Origin: a virus
DNA: 38,886 nt
Direction: 5' to 3' (one strand)
IMG/VR virus record: IMGVR_UViG_3300045988_156257
Coordinates: 1-38,886 of that record
Part shown: one piece after another, positions 22,695 through 31,997 of the stretch
How the letters are laid out: every line of letters starts with the position of its first letter
How positions within the stretch are numbered: the first letter of the stretch is position 1
The notes under the pieces: generated by a model
Database searches by the model: none
Seen by the model: the letters and a program-made list of their open reading frames with translations, nothing else
Told to the model about the DNA's origin: nothing
Program-made: the position numbers and the translations under genes

Positions 22695-23065
22695 TGCTGG
22701 CAACGAAACGGGCTAAAGAGCTGATCCAGACTGGAAATTTTAAAAACGTTGACGCTGTCTATATTGGCGTTATCCCACAATCTGAGATCACACGCACTGA
22801 CCGGACGATCATACTGATCACGGACGTGCGCACCGACTTGGCACTTGATGGGAACCTGGACTTCCACGCTCTTGATAAAGAGGTTGAGGTCCAGATTTTT
22901 TATGCGCTCAATGCCGATGATCCCGACGAATTTGAGACATCATTGATGCATCTTTTTGTACGTAATGGCTGGACAATGCTTGACAATCATGGCCACACGG
23001 TTGACCCCAAGACTTATCAGGTTACACAAACCTACTACTTTGACTACTACGAACTTGAAAAATAG
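22694..23065 (+). CDS. Tail completion/terminator-type protein
   Basis: 123 aa. The ATG overlaps the upstream TGA. It lies immediately before the major tail protein. Confidence 0.55.
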   Translation: MLATKRAKELIQTGNFKNVDAVYIGVIPQSEITRTDRTIILITDVRTDLALDGNLDFHALDKEVEVQIFYALNADDPDEFETSLMHLFVRNGWTMLDNHGHTVDPKTYQVTQTYYFDYYELEK

Positions 23066-23076
23066 GAGGACAAAAC

Positions 23077-23694
23077 ATGTTACTTCACGGTATCACAACC
23101 GCGTGGGTTTTCCTTAAATCCAATGACGGTAAAAACTTGCTGACTAAAGACCAGGGGCTATCTGACAACGGCTTGCTGGAACTGGGCCATGACGTGCTCG
23201 GTGTAGCGTCAGCAGAAATCAAGGGCCTTGACGGCTCGAAGCTGGAAAAGATCTCAGGCAACAACACGGTACAGTACAGCTATGCTGACCCATTGAACCC
23301 AACGGTTGCTCTGACGGTCAACAGTCTTAAGATGGCTACTTATGCCAAATTAATCGGTCTGGAAAAGCAGGGCACTGGTTGGCAGATGGCTAACAACAAA
23401 CCAGTGGGTGGCTGTGTCGTCAAGGCACCACATATGACCGATGACGGTTACACCTATTTCTGTTTCCCAAGCGGCAACTTCTTAGGTGGCGACAAGAAGC
23501 TTGATTCGGATACCGACTCAAAGAAGACGCCAGTAACGGACTCACTGAGTTTTGCGGCGATTGATGATCCTAACATCAACGATCTGTATCGGATCTACGA
23601 CTCCACCGACACCGGCTTTACAGGTGAAGACGCGATGTTTAAGGAAATTTTGCCAGACTACGCTACGACGGTTGTGGCTGGTCCACACGCCTAA
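23077..23694 (+). CDS. Major tail protein
   Basis: 205 aa, AGGAGG SD. It lies upstream of the chaperone/TMP pair. The N-terminus resembles phi13-family major tail proteins. Confidence 0.75.
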   Translation: MLLHGITTAWVFLKSNDGKNLLTKDQGLSDNGLLELGHDVLGVASAEIKGLDGSKLEKISGNNTVQYSYADPLNPTVALTVNSLKMATYAKLIGLEKQGTGWQMANNKPVGGCVVKAPHMTDDGYTYFCFPSGNFLGGDKKLDSDTDSKKTPVTDSLSFAAIDDPNINDLYRIYDSTDTGFTGEDAMFKEILPDYATTVVAGPHA

Positions 23695-23765
23695 TAGTTA
23701 AAGATAAAGATCGCCAACGAAAGCAAACAATACTCTCTGAGGGCGGTCGATAGAGGAGAGATAAA

Positions 23766-24095
23766 ATGAAGCTTTATATCAAACTTTTTAACCGCAAGTT
23801 TGACGTCTCCACGTCTAACGGCAACATTCGGCGCGTCTATGAAATGCAGCTTAAAATTGCTAAGGTCCAAGCCGAAAAAGACATTTTAAAACGGGCAGAA
23901 AGCGAGCTGGAACTGGTCCAGGAACTGCCAAAGTTTCTCGGCATTATGCTCAAGCTGAATAAGCAACAACTTAAACAGCTTGACAACATGGACTTTGAGG
24001 CAACGCAAGACGCAGTCGGTTACATCTGCCAACGCATTTTAGGTCGCACTGATGAACAGATTGCCGAAGAGGAAAAAGAAGACCCAAAAAAGTAA
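23766..24095 (+). CDS. Tail assembly chaperone (gpG-like)
   Basis: 109 aa. It ends with the slippery run CCA AAA AAG TAA, directly upstream of the TMP. Confidence 0.8.
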   Translation: MKLYIKLFNRKFDVSTSNGNIRRVYEMQLKIAKVQAEKDILKRAESELELVQELPKFLGIMLKLNKQQLKQLDNMDFEATQDAVGYICQRILGRTDEQIAEEEKEDPKK

Positions 24096-24307
24096 ACTGG
24101 AAAGCTCGCGCGTGGAAGCTGCAGAATGCGATTGAAGACTTAGACAACAACGAGCGGGAGATGCTGATTCAGCTACACTGGACGATAGATCAGTACGAAA
24201 ATGCCGACTACTATCGTCTAGGTGAGGTTATGTCAGCTAAGGCACGTGATGAGCGTGCAGTTGACCCGTTGCAGTTTGTAAGAGGAAGGAGAGCGGATAA
24301 TGGCTAA
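23766..24307 (+). CDS. Tail assembly chaperone, -1 frameshift extension product (gpGT-like)
   Basis: The heptamer A AAA AAG lies at 24086-24092. The -1 frame stays open for 71 codons (VNWKARAWKLQNAIEDL...RGRRADNG) and stops at 24305-24307, overlapping the TMP start. Confidence 0.75.
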
Positions 24308-27300
24308 GATCAGCAACGTTATGGCGACTAAGGTCGCACTGGATTTGGTGGACGCATCGAAGTCAGTCCGCAATCTGACGACAGAAGTCAACGCATCAAC
24401 CAAAGCCTGGCAGGCACAGGAAGCCAGCCTTAGGTCTGCCGGCGACTATGTTGGCGCGGCTAAGGCACGGCTTGACGGTCTGGGCAGTTCGATTGATGCA
24501 CAAAAGGAAAAGATTTCTGCTTTACAGGAAAAACAGGAATCGATGAGCGACGTCAGCCAAGAAACGGCTGAAAAGTTTTTAAAGCTCAAAGAGCGCATTG
24601 ACGAACTTAAAGCCGAGCAGTCCAGTCTTGACGACATCACTGGTCGCAACAAGGAAAAATACGAGTCGCTTGGTGCTGAAATCAACCGTTTGGAAGCTCA
24701 GCAAAACAAGCTCAATGTGGGCACGGTCAAGCAAGCCGAGATCTATCTGCGCTACGGCGCACAAGTCGACCAGGCTAAAGCCAAGCTGGCAAGCATGGAG
24801 GCTCAGCAACAGCGGGCCGAACAGCAGCTCGAACTGCAGAATAGCGGCGTGCTGAAACTTAACGCGTCCATGCGGGCACAATCAGCGCTGTTTATGGCGC
24901 ATACTGAGCGTCTACAGGCTGAAGGGCGTCAGTACCAGGCTATGGGAGCACAGGTTGATGGTCTGGAAAACAAGATCGGCCAACTGAGAGAAATCCAACA
25001 GCGTGAGATGCAGATGCTTGAATCCACACGCCAGCGGATGGGTGAAAACTCGCAAGAGTATCTCCAGCAGGCAACCCGTGTGGAAGAGCTTGGTACTCAG
25101 ATTGCGCAGACACGGTCTAAGATCAACGAGCTTAACGAGGCCATGAAGGCTACGCCGCATACGTGGCTTGATGGCATGAACGCTCGTCTGGACAATCTGC
25201 AAGGCAAGGCTGACCGAGTAAGCCACTCGTTTGGCAGTATGTTCCTGGCTAACACGGCGGCTAACCTGTTTTCTGGCGCGCTGGCAACGATTCAGGCTCA
25301 CTTTACGGAGCTGATTGCCAGCGGGCAAGAGTATGACGTTACTCAGCAGAAAATGGTAGCCGCGTGGGATACGCTGACCGGTTCGGCTAACAAGGCTCAG
25401 GACATGGTCAACACGGTCAACAACCTGTCAGTCAAAACCGGTCAAGCCGTTGACACTGTGGACGAACTGGAGCAGGGATTCTACCACCTGCACTCGTCTA
25501 AGAGCCAAGCCGACGGGCTGACCAGCTCCATGCTTAACATGGCTGACGCGGTCGGGCTTAACAGCCAACAGATCAATGACGTATCACAGGATATGGTCCA
25601 CGCTATGGCAACCGGCAAGGTTACACAAGGTGAGCTTAACCAGATCGGTGCCTACTTCCCGATGATCGATGAGGCGCTGGCTAAGCACTACCATACCAGC
25701 GTTGCCGGAATGCGTCAGATCGCGAGCGCAGGTAAGCTTGATGCTGACACGTTCCAACAAGTATTTGAGCAGTTAGGTAACGGTAAGTACAAAGAAGCCG
25801 CCGACAACATGATGGGCACCTTCTTTGGCATGGAGCGGACGATCAAAGCCCGTATGCCGGCCCTTGTCGGCGATATCGAACAGCCGTTCATGCAAATGAG
25901 CAATCCACTGCTTGAGTCCGTGTCAAAGTGGGTATCAGATAAGCGTACTGACGCGCTGTTTACCCAGTTTGGTCAGCATTTGATGCAGGCGTTTAATCAG
26001 ATCACGACCGCTTTTGGCGGCAAAAAGATCAACGTCAGTGATGCGCTGACTGGCGGAATGGAAGCTGCTACTCGTGCCGTTGACCGTTTTGCAAACGTGG
26101 TGTCATCACACCATACGCAGATCAAGGAATTTTTTGACTCGTTTAAGACTGGTTCGGCGGCGAGCCTTAAGATTTTTGCTAATGTCATGCTCGACTTGTC
26201 TAAGGTAATGCTGCCGGTCTTGGATGAGTTGGCTAAATACCCGAAGACAACCGCAGCAGTTATTACTTCCCTTTTGTTAGCAAGCAAGGCTGTAAAAGGA
26301 TTGTCTGTGGCGGTCAAGGGACTGCAGATCATGCGGACGGTCGGCTCAACGATTGGCAGTTTTGCGACTAAGATCAAAAACATCCCAAGTCGCAAGATTA
26401 CTCGCATTCAGGTCGACGGCGCCAAGTCCACGCAGAATTTGGAAGCCTACAGCCGGCGTTTGGACCGTATTCCGAAGTCCAAGACGACTAAGGCAATCGT
26501 CAACACGGCATCTGCCGAAACTAGTCTGACACGGCTTGGAACTAAAGCGACCGTAGCTGGTAAACTGGGCTCAAGCGGGCTCAGTTTGATTGGTCGTGGT
26601 GCCAAGATTGCATCTGCCGGACTTGACTTAATCGGTGGCCCAGCTGGTGCAATCATGCTTGTCGTACAGGGCTTAACAATCCTGTACCAGCACAACAAAA
26701 AGTTCCGCACGTTCGTCAACGGATTGGCAGGCTCAGCCATGTCGGCAATGGGCAAGATGGGCAAGGCTTTTGAGTCCGGTGCTAAATCGGCAATCTCGTG
26801 GACCAGCAACATGTGGGACCGTGTCAAAAAGAGCTATCAGCAAGGTCAAGCTCAGACTCAGCAGCAGACTCTGCAGCATGCACGCCAACAGCAGAAGGCT
26901 TGGAACGATATCCGTGACAACGTCACTAATGCCACGCGGGATATGATGCACAAAGCTGGGAATCTTTTCAGCAACGGCTACAACGGCATCATTAACACCA
27001 CGTCCAACTGGCGGACTAACGCATCCAACCTTTGGAATGATGCGTCGAGCAAGATCCTAAACACGGCCGGCAATTTGCGGTCCAACTCGACCAACATTTT
27101 GTCAAAAATGCACGATAAACTGTCTGGCATCCAAGATACAGGCTTAGGCCATATGCTTGGCGGTTGGAAAGACCATTTTGGCAAGGTCATTAACACTATC
27201 GAGTCAAATGGTAGTCCACTCCATAATGCTTTTAGAGATATTTTAAACGGCTTGCTTAGTCCATTTACCAATTTGATTAACGGCATTATCAAAGGTATCA

Positions 27301-28493
27301 ACTGGGTCTTGGATAAGGTTGGCGGTGATAGCCATAAACTCGGCACTTTCTCCATCGGCAAGCTTGCCAACGGTACGCCAGGAGGTGGCTTACTCCATGA
27401 CCAGGTGGCACTGCTTAACGATGGATCTGGTCCTAACTATCAAGAAATGGTCCACTTCCCATCTGGCGAAACGGTTATGCTCCCACCAGAGCGCAATCTG
27501 ATGATGTACCTTCCGGCACAAACAGAAGTGCTTGATGGTGAGCGGTCAGCCAAGCTGGCACCGATGATGGGTATCAGTCACTATGCTGATGGTGCTGTGG
27601 GCGACTTCTTCTCGGGCCTGTGGGATAAAGGCAAGGACGTTGTTGACTTTGCTGAGGATATCCTTAAAAAGCCAATCGACTTTATGGAGTCCGTCTTTAA
27701 GCAATTCGTTTCGGGCAAGTCTGACAATGGCGGTTTCTTCAGCGTTCAGCTGCATAACAGTCTGCCGGTGTACTTCGCCAAGTCGATGGCTGACTGGGTC
27801 AAAAAGCAGTTCCAGGAAATGGCTGATCCAGCCGGTTCTGGCGTTGACAGATGGCGACCATACGTTGTCAGAGCTTTGGGCATGCTGCATTTAAGCTCAT
27901 CACTTGTGGGTAGGGTTTTAAAGCAGATCCAAACGGAATCTGGCGGTAACCCTAAAGCACTCGGTGGTGATGATGGTTTGAGCGATGGTCGAGCTATGGG
28001 GCTAATGCAGGTTAAGCCACCTACGTTTGCAGCCTATAAATTGCCTGGCCATAACAACATCTGGAATGGCTTTGACAACCTTTTAGCCGGTCTTAACTAT
28101 GCACGGCATCGCTATGGTGATGGCTTGTCATTCTTGGGGCAGGGGCATGGTTATGCCAATGGTGGCATAGCTACTCAGCCGTCAATTTTTGGCGAGGCGG
28201 GAGCCGAAATGGCAATCCCGCTGGACAGTATGAAGTCATCCCGTGCGTGGGAGCTTATGAGGCAGGTCGTCACCTACTATGGTGGCAACAATGCCACAAG
28301 CAAGGCGTCTACGGTTGATACACAAAACCTGTCACAGCAAATCCAGGAACTGATCGAAGTTGGCAAGGCTGTTTTGGCAGTCAACGGCGAACAGGTCCGT
28401 GCTATCAAAGGCATCAACGGCTATGACAAGACCCTGGTATACCATCAGCAACGTACCGATATGGATTTAGCTAGTTTTCAGTCGTTTGTCTAA
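24300..28493 (+). CDS. Tape measure protein with C-terminal lytic transglycosylase (SLT) domain
   Basis: 1397 aa with a coiled-coil N-terminal third and hydrophobic segments. The C-terminal motif is LKQIQTESGGNPKALGGDD...GLMQVKPPTF...NLLAGLNYARHRYG. Confidence 0.9.
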   Translation: MAKISNVMATKVALDLVDASKSVRNLTTEVNASTKAWQAQEASLRSAGDYVGAAKARLDGLGSSIDAQKEKISALQEKQESMSDVSQETAEKFLKLKERIDELKAEQSSLDDITGRNKEKYESLGAEINRLEAQQNKLNVGTVKQAEIYLRYGAQVDQAKAKLASMEAQQQRAEQQLELQNSGVLKLNASMRAQSALFMAHTERLQAEGRQYQAMGAQVDGLENKIGQLREIQQREMQMLESTRQRMGENSQEYLQQATRVEELGTQIAQTRSKINELNEAMKATPHTWLDGMNARLDNLQGKADRVSHSFGSMFLANTAANLFSGALATIQAHFTELIASGQEYDVTQQKMVAAWDTLTGSANKAQDMVNTVNNLSVKTGQAVDTVDELEQGFYHLHSSKSQADGLTSSMLNMADAVGLNSQQINDVSQDMVHAMATGKVTQGELNQIGAYFPMIDEALAKHYHTSVAGMRQIASAGKLDADTFQQVFEQLGNGKYKEAADNMMGTFFGMERTIKARMPALVGDIEQPFMQMSNPLLESVSKWVSDKRTDALFTQFGQHLMQAFNQITTAFGGKKINVSDALTGGMEAATRAVDRFANVVSSHHTQIKEFFDSFKTGSAASLKIFANVMLDLSKVMLPVLDELAKYPKTTAAVITSLLLASKAVKGLSVAVKGLQIMRTVGSTIGSFATKIKNIPSRKITRIQVDGAKSTQNLEAYSRRLDRIPKSKTTKAIVNTASAETSLTRLGTKATVAGKLGSSGLSLIGRGAKIASAGLDLIGGPAGAIMLVVQGLTILYQHNKKFRTFVNGLAGSAMSAMGKMGKAFESGAKSAISWTSNMWDRVKKSYQQGQAQTQQQTLQHARQQQKAWNDIRDNVTNATRDMMHKAGNLFSNGYNGIINTTSNWRTNASNLWNDASSKILNTAGNLRSNSTNILSKMHDKLSGIQDTGLGHMLGGWKDHFGKVINTIESNGSPLHNAFRDILNGLLSPFTNLINGIIKGINWVLDKVGGDSHKLGTFSIGKLANGTPGGGLLHDQVALLNDGSGPNYQEMVHFPSGETVMLPPERNLMMYLPAQTEVLDGERSAKLAPMMGISHYADGAVGDFFSGLWDKGKDVVDFAEDILKKPIDFMESVFKQFVSGKSDNGGFFSVQLHNSLPVYFAKSMADWVKKQFQEMADPAGSGVDRWRPYVVRALGMLHLSSSLVGRVLKQIQTESGGNPKALGGDDGLSDGRAMGLMQVKPPTFAAYKLPGHNNIWNGFDNLLAGLNYARHRYGDGLSFLGQGHGYANGGIATQPSIFGEAGAEMAIPLDSMKSSRAWELMRQVVTYYGGNNATSKASTVDTQNLSQQIQELIEVGKAVLAVNGEQVRAIKGINGYDKTLVYHQQRTDMDLASFQSFV

Positions 28494-28556
28494 CGCACTG
28501 AGTTGGACAACTACCCACTAAAATGTTTTTCATTGCGTCTGAGAGGGGATGTATAT

Positions 28557-29396
28557 ATGCAACGACCGACGATGTGGATCAAACTTCCCGGTCAAGACGA
28601 AATTAACTGCGAAAGCATCACCAAAGGGCTGCGGTTTCTTCAGGACGATTCTGATCCCGGAGTGACCAACTCCTATCTGACTGATGCCGGTCTTGACGGA
28701 TCACTTTTGAGCTATCAATCAATCGCCAAGAACACAGTCAACGCTAACTTTTGGCTGCACTTTGGTGATTGGTACGACTATAAGATGAAAAAACACTCGA
28801 TCGCTAAGTTTTTTACGCAGAAAGGCTTGATGCGAATCAGAACCGATGCTGAGCCGGCAATCGTCAAGTACGTGTATGCTGGAAGCTACTCGATCAAGCC
28901 GGTGCAGGACTACTCGCACGAGGCGCTGTTTACGGTGACTTTTGATAACCCTACCGGTATCAAGTACTCGCTTGGCTGGTCAGATGATGAGATGACGTAC
29001 GGTAATGGGCTTTGGCAAGTCGGGATGAATCTGCCGAACGGCAAGCATCTCGACTATGAGTATATCGGCCAGCGGTCTTTTAAGATTTATAACGCAAGCG
29101 ATATCACGGTTGACCCGATACAGCGTCATCCGATGCAGATCATCGTCAAGAACACAACGGGCCAGGTAGAGATATCCAACCAGACAACCGGCACGTCAAT
29201 CGCCTATCGTGGTCATCTGACTGCAAGCGACGAGCTGACGTGGGATGGCGTCAACTGCTATCTTAATGGCGAGCTGGCTAACAACGATACCGACTATACG
29301 TATCTGACACTGGCGCCGGGATACAACGACATCCACGTGTCCAGCACGTCAGACGCCGATATACGTTTTCACTTTAAGTTTTTGTATCTAGACTAA
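28557..29396 (+). CDS. Distal tail protein (Dit)
   Basis: The ATG at 28557 has GAGGGG upstream. About 280 aa, between the TMP and the Tal. Confidence 0.75.
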   Translation: MQRPTMWIKLPGQDEINCESITKGLRFLQDDSDPGVTNSYLTDAGLDGSLLSYQSIAKNTVNANFWLHFGDWYDYKMKKHSIAKFFTQKGLMRIRTDAEPAIVKYVYAGSYSIKPVQDYSHEALFTVTFDNPTGIKYSLGWSDDEMTYGNGLWQVGMNLPNGKHLDYEYIGQRSFKIYNASDITVDPIQRHPMQIIVKNTTGQVEISNQTTGTSIAYRGHLTASDELTWDGVNCYLNGELANNDTDYTYLTLAPGYNDIHVSSTSDADIRFHFKFLYLD

Positions 29397-29402
29397 GGGG
29401 GG

Positions 29403-31997
29403 ATGACAGTGACACCGCTTGATGCAATCAATCAGCATCGCTATACGTACTTTGGCTTTAAAGATGTGTCAACGGCTGATCATCCCTACCAGTATCTGCC
29501 TGCACTCTGCTATTCTGACAATCTGACCAACTGGAACGTCGTACAGTACTACCCAGAGCTGGGCAACTGTGGCGCACAATCGGTTGCTAAGATTGGCAGT
29601 TGGTACTATGTAATTGCAACCGGATATCTGATGCGAACTAAGAATTTTGTCGACTTTGACAAGCTCGACAATCCACTGGACAAGCAGAGCGAGTTCAAAC
29701 ACGTGTGGGCACCAGAGATCTTTACCGACATTAACGGCAACTACCACGTAACCTACTGCGCCAACAAAGACGATTCAGAGGTGACAGGATTTGACCTGTA
29801 CGTAGCTGATATGACTGCGGACGGTCAACTGAGCAATCTGCAGCAGAAAATCACGTTTTACGACGGTCAGCTGGGTAACGCTCGGCAAATTGATCCAAGC
29901 ATCGTACTCTACAAGGGTATCTACTACCTGGCAACGTCGGGCGACTACCTGTACAGTGCCACGAACTATCTGGGACCTTATCAGCGTGTTAAGGCCAACT
30001 TCACACCGACACCGCAGTTCTACGGTGATCAGTGGTGTGGGAACGATGGTTGGACGGAAGCACCAGAACTGGTCAAAGACGGCAACTTCCTGCGGCTGTT
30101 TTCCGATATGCCGGCTAAACACGGCTATGTATACCGGTCTGCAAACTTAAGCGACTTGGGTACATGGTCAGCTCGCTCGCAGACCGTTTGTGTGGACTTT
30201 GACATGCGTCACGGATGCTTTATGGTCAACCCTAACGTTGAGCCTGCGCTGTATAAGGCAGAGATCAGCTATGACAACAAGTTTGACCCTGCGATGACTA
30301 TCAAAGCGCTCCATAACGATCAGGTCGTACCGCTGACATGCTATGAGCGGACTGGTTTCCAGTACCAGTATGCCAACAATCAGACCAACCAGATCCAGTT
30401 CAACGCTTATGATGACGGTTCGCCAAGCTGGCCGATGATTCAGGTTGAAAGCATCATCACCTTTAATGATGACTGGTTTGTTATTAAGAACATTCAGCCG
30501 ACCATACAGGGCTCCGATATCGTACAGGTGACGGCAATCCAGTACGTCAACAGTCAAATTGCCACGATCCACCAGTACAACACTCAACAGGGTACGCTGA
30601 CCATGCGACCGGACGATATCTTAAAGTACTGGCTCAATGACAGTACGGTCAATCCAAACAATAAGTTCACCTATAACGTTGTCGGCAGTTTTGAATCGCA
30701 TCGTGTGGAAAACTTAGGCAACGGCTCTGGTAAGGACATGCTGTCTAAGATCACTGAGATGTGGCCGTCAGCGATCATTTATCCGCAAAAAAATCAGATC
30801 AACGTGGTCAGTGCTGACGCCTTTACTAAGCCGACGCAAAAACGTATCGACTATATCCGTGATACATCTGAGATACAGATGACGCAGGACTCAACCAGCA
30901 TCGTCAACATGGTTCGCTGTATCGGCGCAACCAAGCAGAGTGATACTTCAACCGCTGCTACCGACTCTGGAGGAGTGCAGCTGACCGAGTCAGAGGTTAC
31001 ACAGACGACTGGGGCAGATAGAACAGCTGAGTTTCAAGCCGACGCTAAAAAGTATCTGGGCGTACCGTACAAGTGGGGTGGACACGATAAGTCCAATCCT
31101 TATGGGGGGATGGACTGCTCCGGCTTTGTCAGTCAGGTCTACTACGACTTCGGCGTCAACGTGCCACCGCAAACGGCACAGATGGAACCCTACTTTTACC
31201 AGGTTAGCGATCCTAGATGCGGGGATGTCGGTTTCTACGGTCCGCACGGCAGTACGCATCATATATGTCTGATGCTTGATGCCAATACCATGATCTACGA
31301 GCCAGAGCCTGGCCAAGTCTGCAAGATTGCGCCAGTAAGCTCATACCCGCCGGACTGGTATGCACGCAACAACAACATCCAAGCCAAGATCAACCAGCAG
31401 AAGACCACAACGGTTGACAATGCCAATATCACATTTACCGACAACTATCAGTCGGGAACCTACAACAGTGAGGAACAGTACTACTTCGAGCCGTTTATGG
31501 TGATCGACAACGACAGCATCAATGCGTGGGGGCCATATCCCGCCACGTCTGATCTGCAGGACGACCGGTTTACCGATGCCAATGCAATGCGTGCCTACGC
31601 TAAGACACAGCTGTCACCAGACCCGACCATATCAATCGTGGTGACGCTTAACAGCAATGCCAAGCCGATTGCCGGCGAGCAGGTACGACTGAACATTCAG
31701 CCACGCCACTACAGCACCAACGTGACGGTGGTTGGCTGGACGTGGTATCCGTTTGACCCCACACAGGGGACACAGATCACGTACGATAATCTGCCGGCTA
31801 CGATACTTAACAATCGTGCCACTATGCGGACTCTGGCAGATGTTGAGAAGATGGCACGGACGGCGCTTGCCAACATACCGCAGGTTTTTTACTCAAGCGA
31901 AGACCCTACAGCCAAACATAACGTTAAGAATGGCGCAATTTGGGTTAAACCGATAAACCAAGAAACAGGAGGCGACGCAAAACATGCCGATGGATAA
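29403..31997 (+). CDS. Tail-associated lysin (Tal) with N-terminal GH43-like beta-propeller and internal NlpC/P60 endopeptidase
   Basis: Residues ~1-280 carry SDNLTNW, VWAPEIF..NGNYH, IDPSIVLYKGIYYL and TEAPELVKDGNF, spaced as in a GH43-like propeller. Residues ~285-520 carry DDWFVIKNIQP...VTAIQYV, typical of the prophage-tail/Tal family. Residues ~545-650 carry GVPYKWGG...MDCSGFVSQVY...HHICLM, which is NlpC/P60. An alternative start is the GTG at 29409. Confidence 0.8.
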   Translation: MTVTPLDAINQHRYTYFGFKDVSTADHPYQYLPALCYSDNLTNWNVVQYYPELGNCGAQSVAKIGSWYYVIATGYLMRTKNFVDFDKLDNPLDKQSEFKHVWAPEIFTDINGNYHVTYCANKDDSEVTGFDLYVADMTADGQLSNLQQKITFYDGQLGNARQIDPSIVLYKGIYYLATSGDYLYSATNYLGPYQRVKANFTPTPQFYGDQWCGNDGWTEAPELVKDGNFLRLFSDMPAKHGYVYRSANLSDLGTWSARSQTVCVDFDMRHGCFMVNPNVEPALYKAEISYDNKFDPAMTIKALHNDQVVPLTCYERTGFQYQYANNQTNQIQFNAYDDGSPSWPMIQVESIITFNDDWFVIKNIQPTIQGSDIVQVTAIQYVNSQIATIHQYNTQQGTLTMRPDDILKYWLNDSTVNPNNKFTYNVVGSFESHRVENLGNGSGKDMLSKITEMWPSAIIYPQKNQINVVSADAFTKPTQKRIDYIRDTSEIQMTQDSTSIVNMVRCIGATKQSDTSTAATDSGGVQLTESEVTQTTGADRTAEFQADAKKYLGVPYKWGGHDKSNPYGGMDCSGFVSQVYYDFGVNVPPQTAQMEPYFYQVSDPRCGDVGFYGPHGSTHHICLMLDANTMIYEPEPGQVCKIAPVSSYPPDWYARNNNIQAKINQQKTTTVDNANITFTDNYQSGTYNSEEQYYFEPFMVIDNDSINAWGPYPATSDLQDDRFTDANAMRAYAKTQLSPDPTISIVVTLNSNAKPIAGEQVRLNIQPRHYSTNVTVVGWTWYPFDPTQGTQITYDNLPATILNNRATMRTLADVEKMARTALANIPQVFYSSEDPTAKHNVKNGAIWVKPINQETGGDAKHADG

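Noticed and set aside
24446-27890. Numerous 60-138-aa antisense or out-of-frame ORFs inside the tape-measure gene
   Set aside because: They are fully nested in a 1397-aa ORF with clear TMP/SLT features. They have low-complexity translations and no SDs, as expected by chance in a long gene.
28503-28556. N-terminal extension of the Dit ORF (track start at 28503)
   Set aside because: There is no SD for the upstream start. The ATG at 28557 follows GAGGGG, and the downstream sequence begins like a normal Dit.
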